NCBI GenBank assembly: GCA_949358305.1
Contig: OX442314.1
Coordinates: 16,306,001 to 16,370,000 of the forward strand
Length of the DNA stretch: 64,000 nt
Source: Strigamia acuminata
Lineage: Eukaryota
Reading direction: 5' to 3'
How positions within the stretch are numbered: position 1 is the first letter of the stretch; each line of letters opens with the position of its first letter. Below, in pieces: positions 63,434-64,000 of this stretch. Under the pieces are notes generated by a model. It searched no databases. It had not been told where the DNA came from and saw only the letters and a list, made by a program, of their open reading frames with translations. A program made the translations under genes and the position numbers.

Positions 63434-64000
63434 AAAGATAAATAATAATACATTAGGGTATATTTTGAATTTTCTGCGATGAGGCCATCTCCATCTATTG
63501 CCAATTTCATACATTGTCACGTTTATATGCATTAAACAATGGTCAATGCCATTAACAATGATCGTTGCAACAAATACATTAACAACAATAGCCAATGGGT
63601 TTTTACTCTGAGCTGTTCATCAATTTAGGTCATTAATAATGATTATAACACTGGTCTAACGTAACAGTATACAAATATCTAGTATAAAATATCTAGAAGT
63701 CACGACTTTTGATTTGGAACCAAATGCGTGGGGATGAATAACAATTCTACCTCTCCTTTTATAGCTTAATGATTTTTGAAAAACAATTTACAACCTATTA
63801 AACAATTAAAGAACCCGTTAAAACGTAATAATTGAACAACCCACGTAGCATTTAATATTCAATCTTGAGACATAAAATTTACTTAAAAGGAGGTGTAGGG
63901 GAAAAGTGTGGAAGAAAATATAATAATTATTGTAATAGTGTAGTTGCTAAATCATTTTTCCAGAAAACAGACCTCGGCTCTCATTTTTATGCATTTCGTA

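Noticed and set aside
63434..63510. ORF-track start of PLD3 at 63510
   Set aside because: The segment ends in a typical acceptor (TTATCTTTGCAG) and looks intronic; the true start is unresolved.

Overview
Eukaryotic (animal, most likely arthropod) genomic DNA: AT-rich, very gene-dense, with mostly 50-70 bp spliceosomal introns, so the ORF track is fragmented into exons. I reconstruct about 22 protein-coding genes by eye: ELMO (5'-truncated), CFAP70, ZFYVE26/spastizin, four tandem GMC oxidoreductases, ADAM17, angel, three DNAJC4-like paralogues interleaved with ADAT3 and a Methuselah-like GPCR, a WDR49/WDY-like EF-hand-WD40 gene, TTC27, JKAMP, SHQ1, L3HYPDH, an intron-rich IS630-Tc1-mariner (DD82E, Sailor-type) transposase-derived gene, ATP6V1D and PLD3. 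Two intronic TIR elements are present, one carrying a (TTAGG/TGAGG)26 telomere-type array. Most interesting: (i) an apparently domesticated DD82E transposase gene with a D->N catalytic change, a duplicated first exon and a tandem SUMO-motif tail, head-to-head with ATP6V1D; (ii) a GMC cluster with signal peptides and HDEL/HDEF ER-retention tails, lost in one copy; (iii) a DUF547-like module inside spastizin; (iv) a J-domain paralogue with HPD->HAD. All family calls come from recalled motifs, no searches were run, and exon boundaries are manual and may be off by a few bases.
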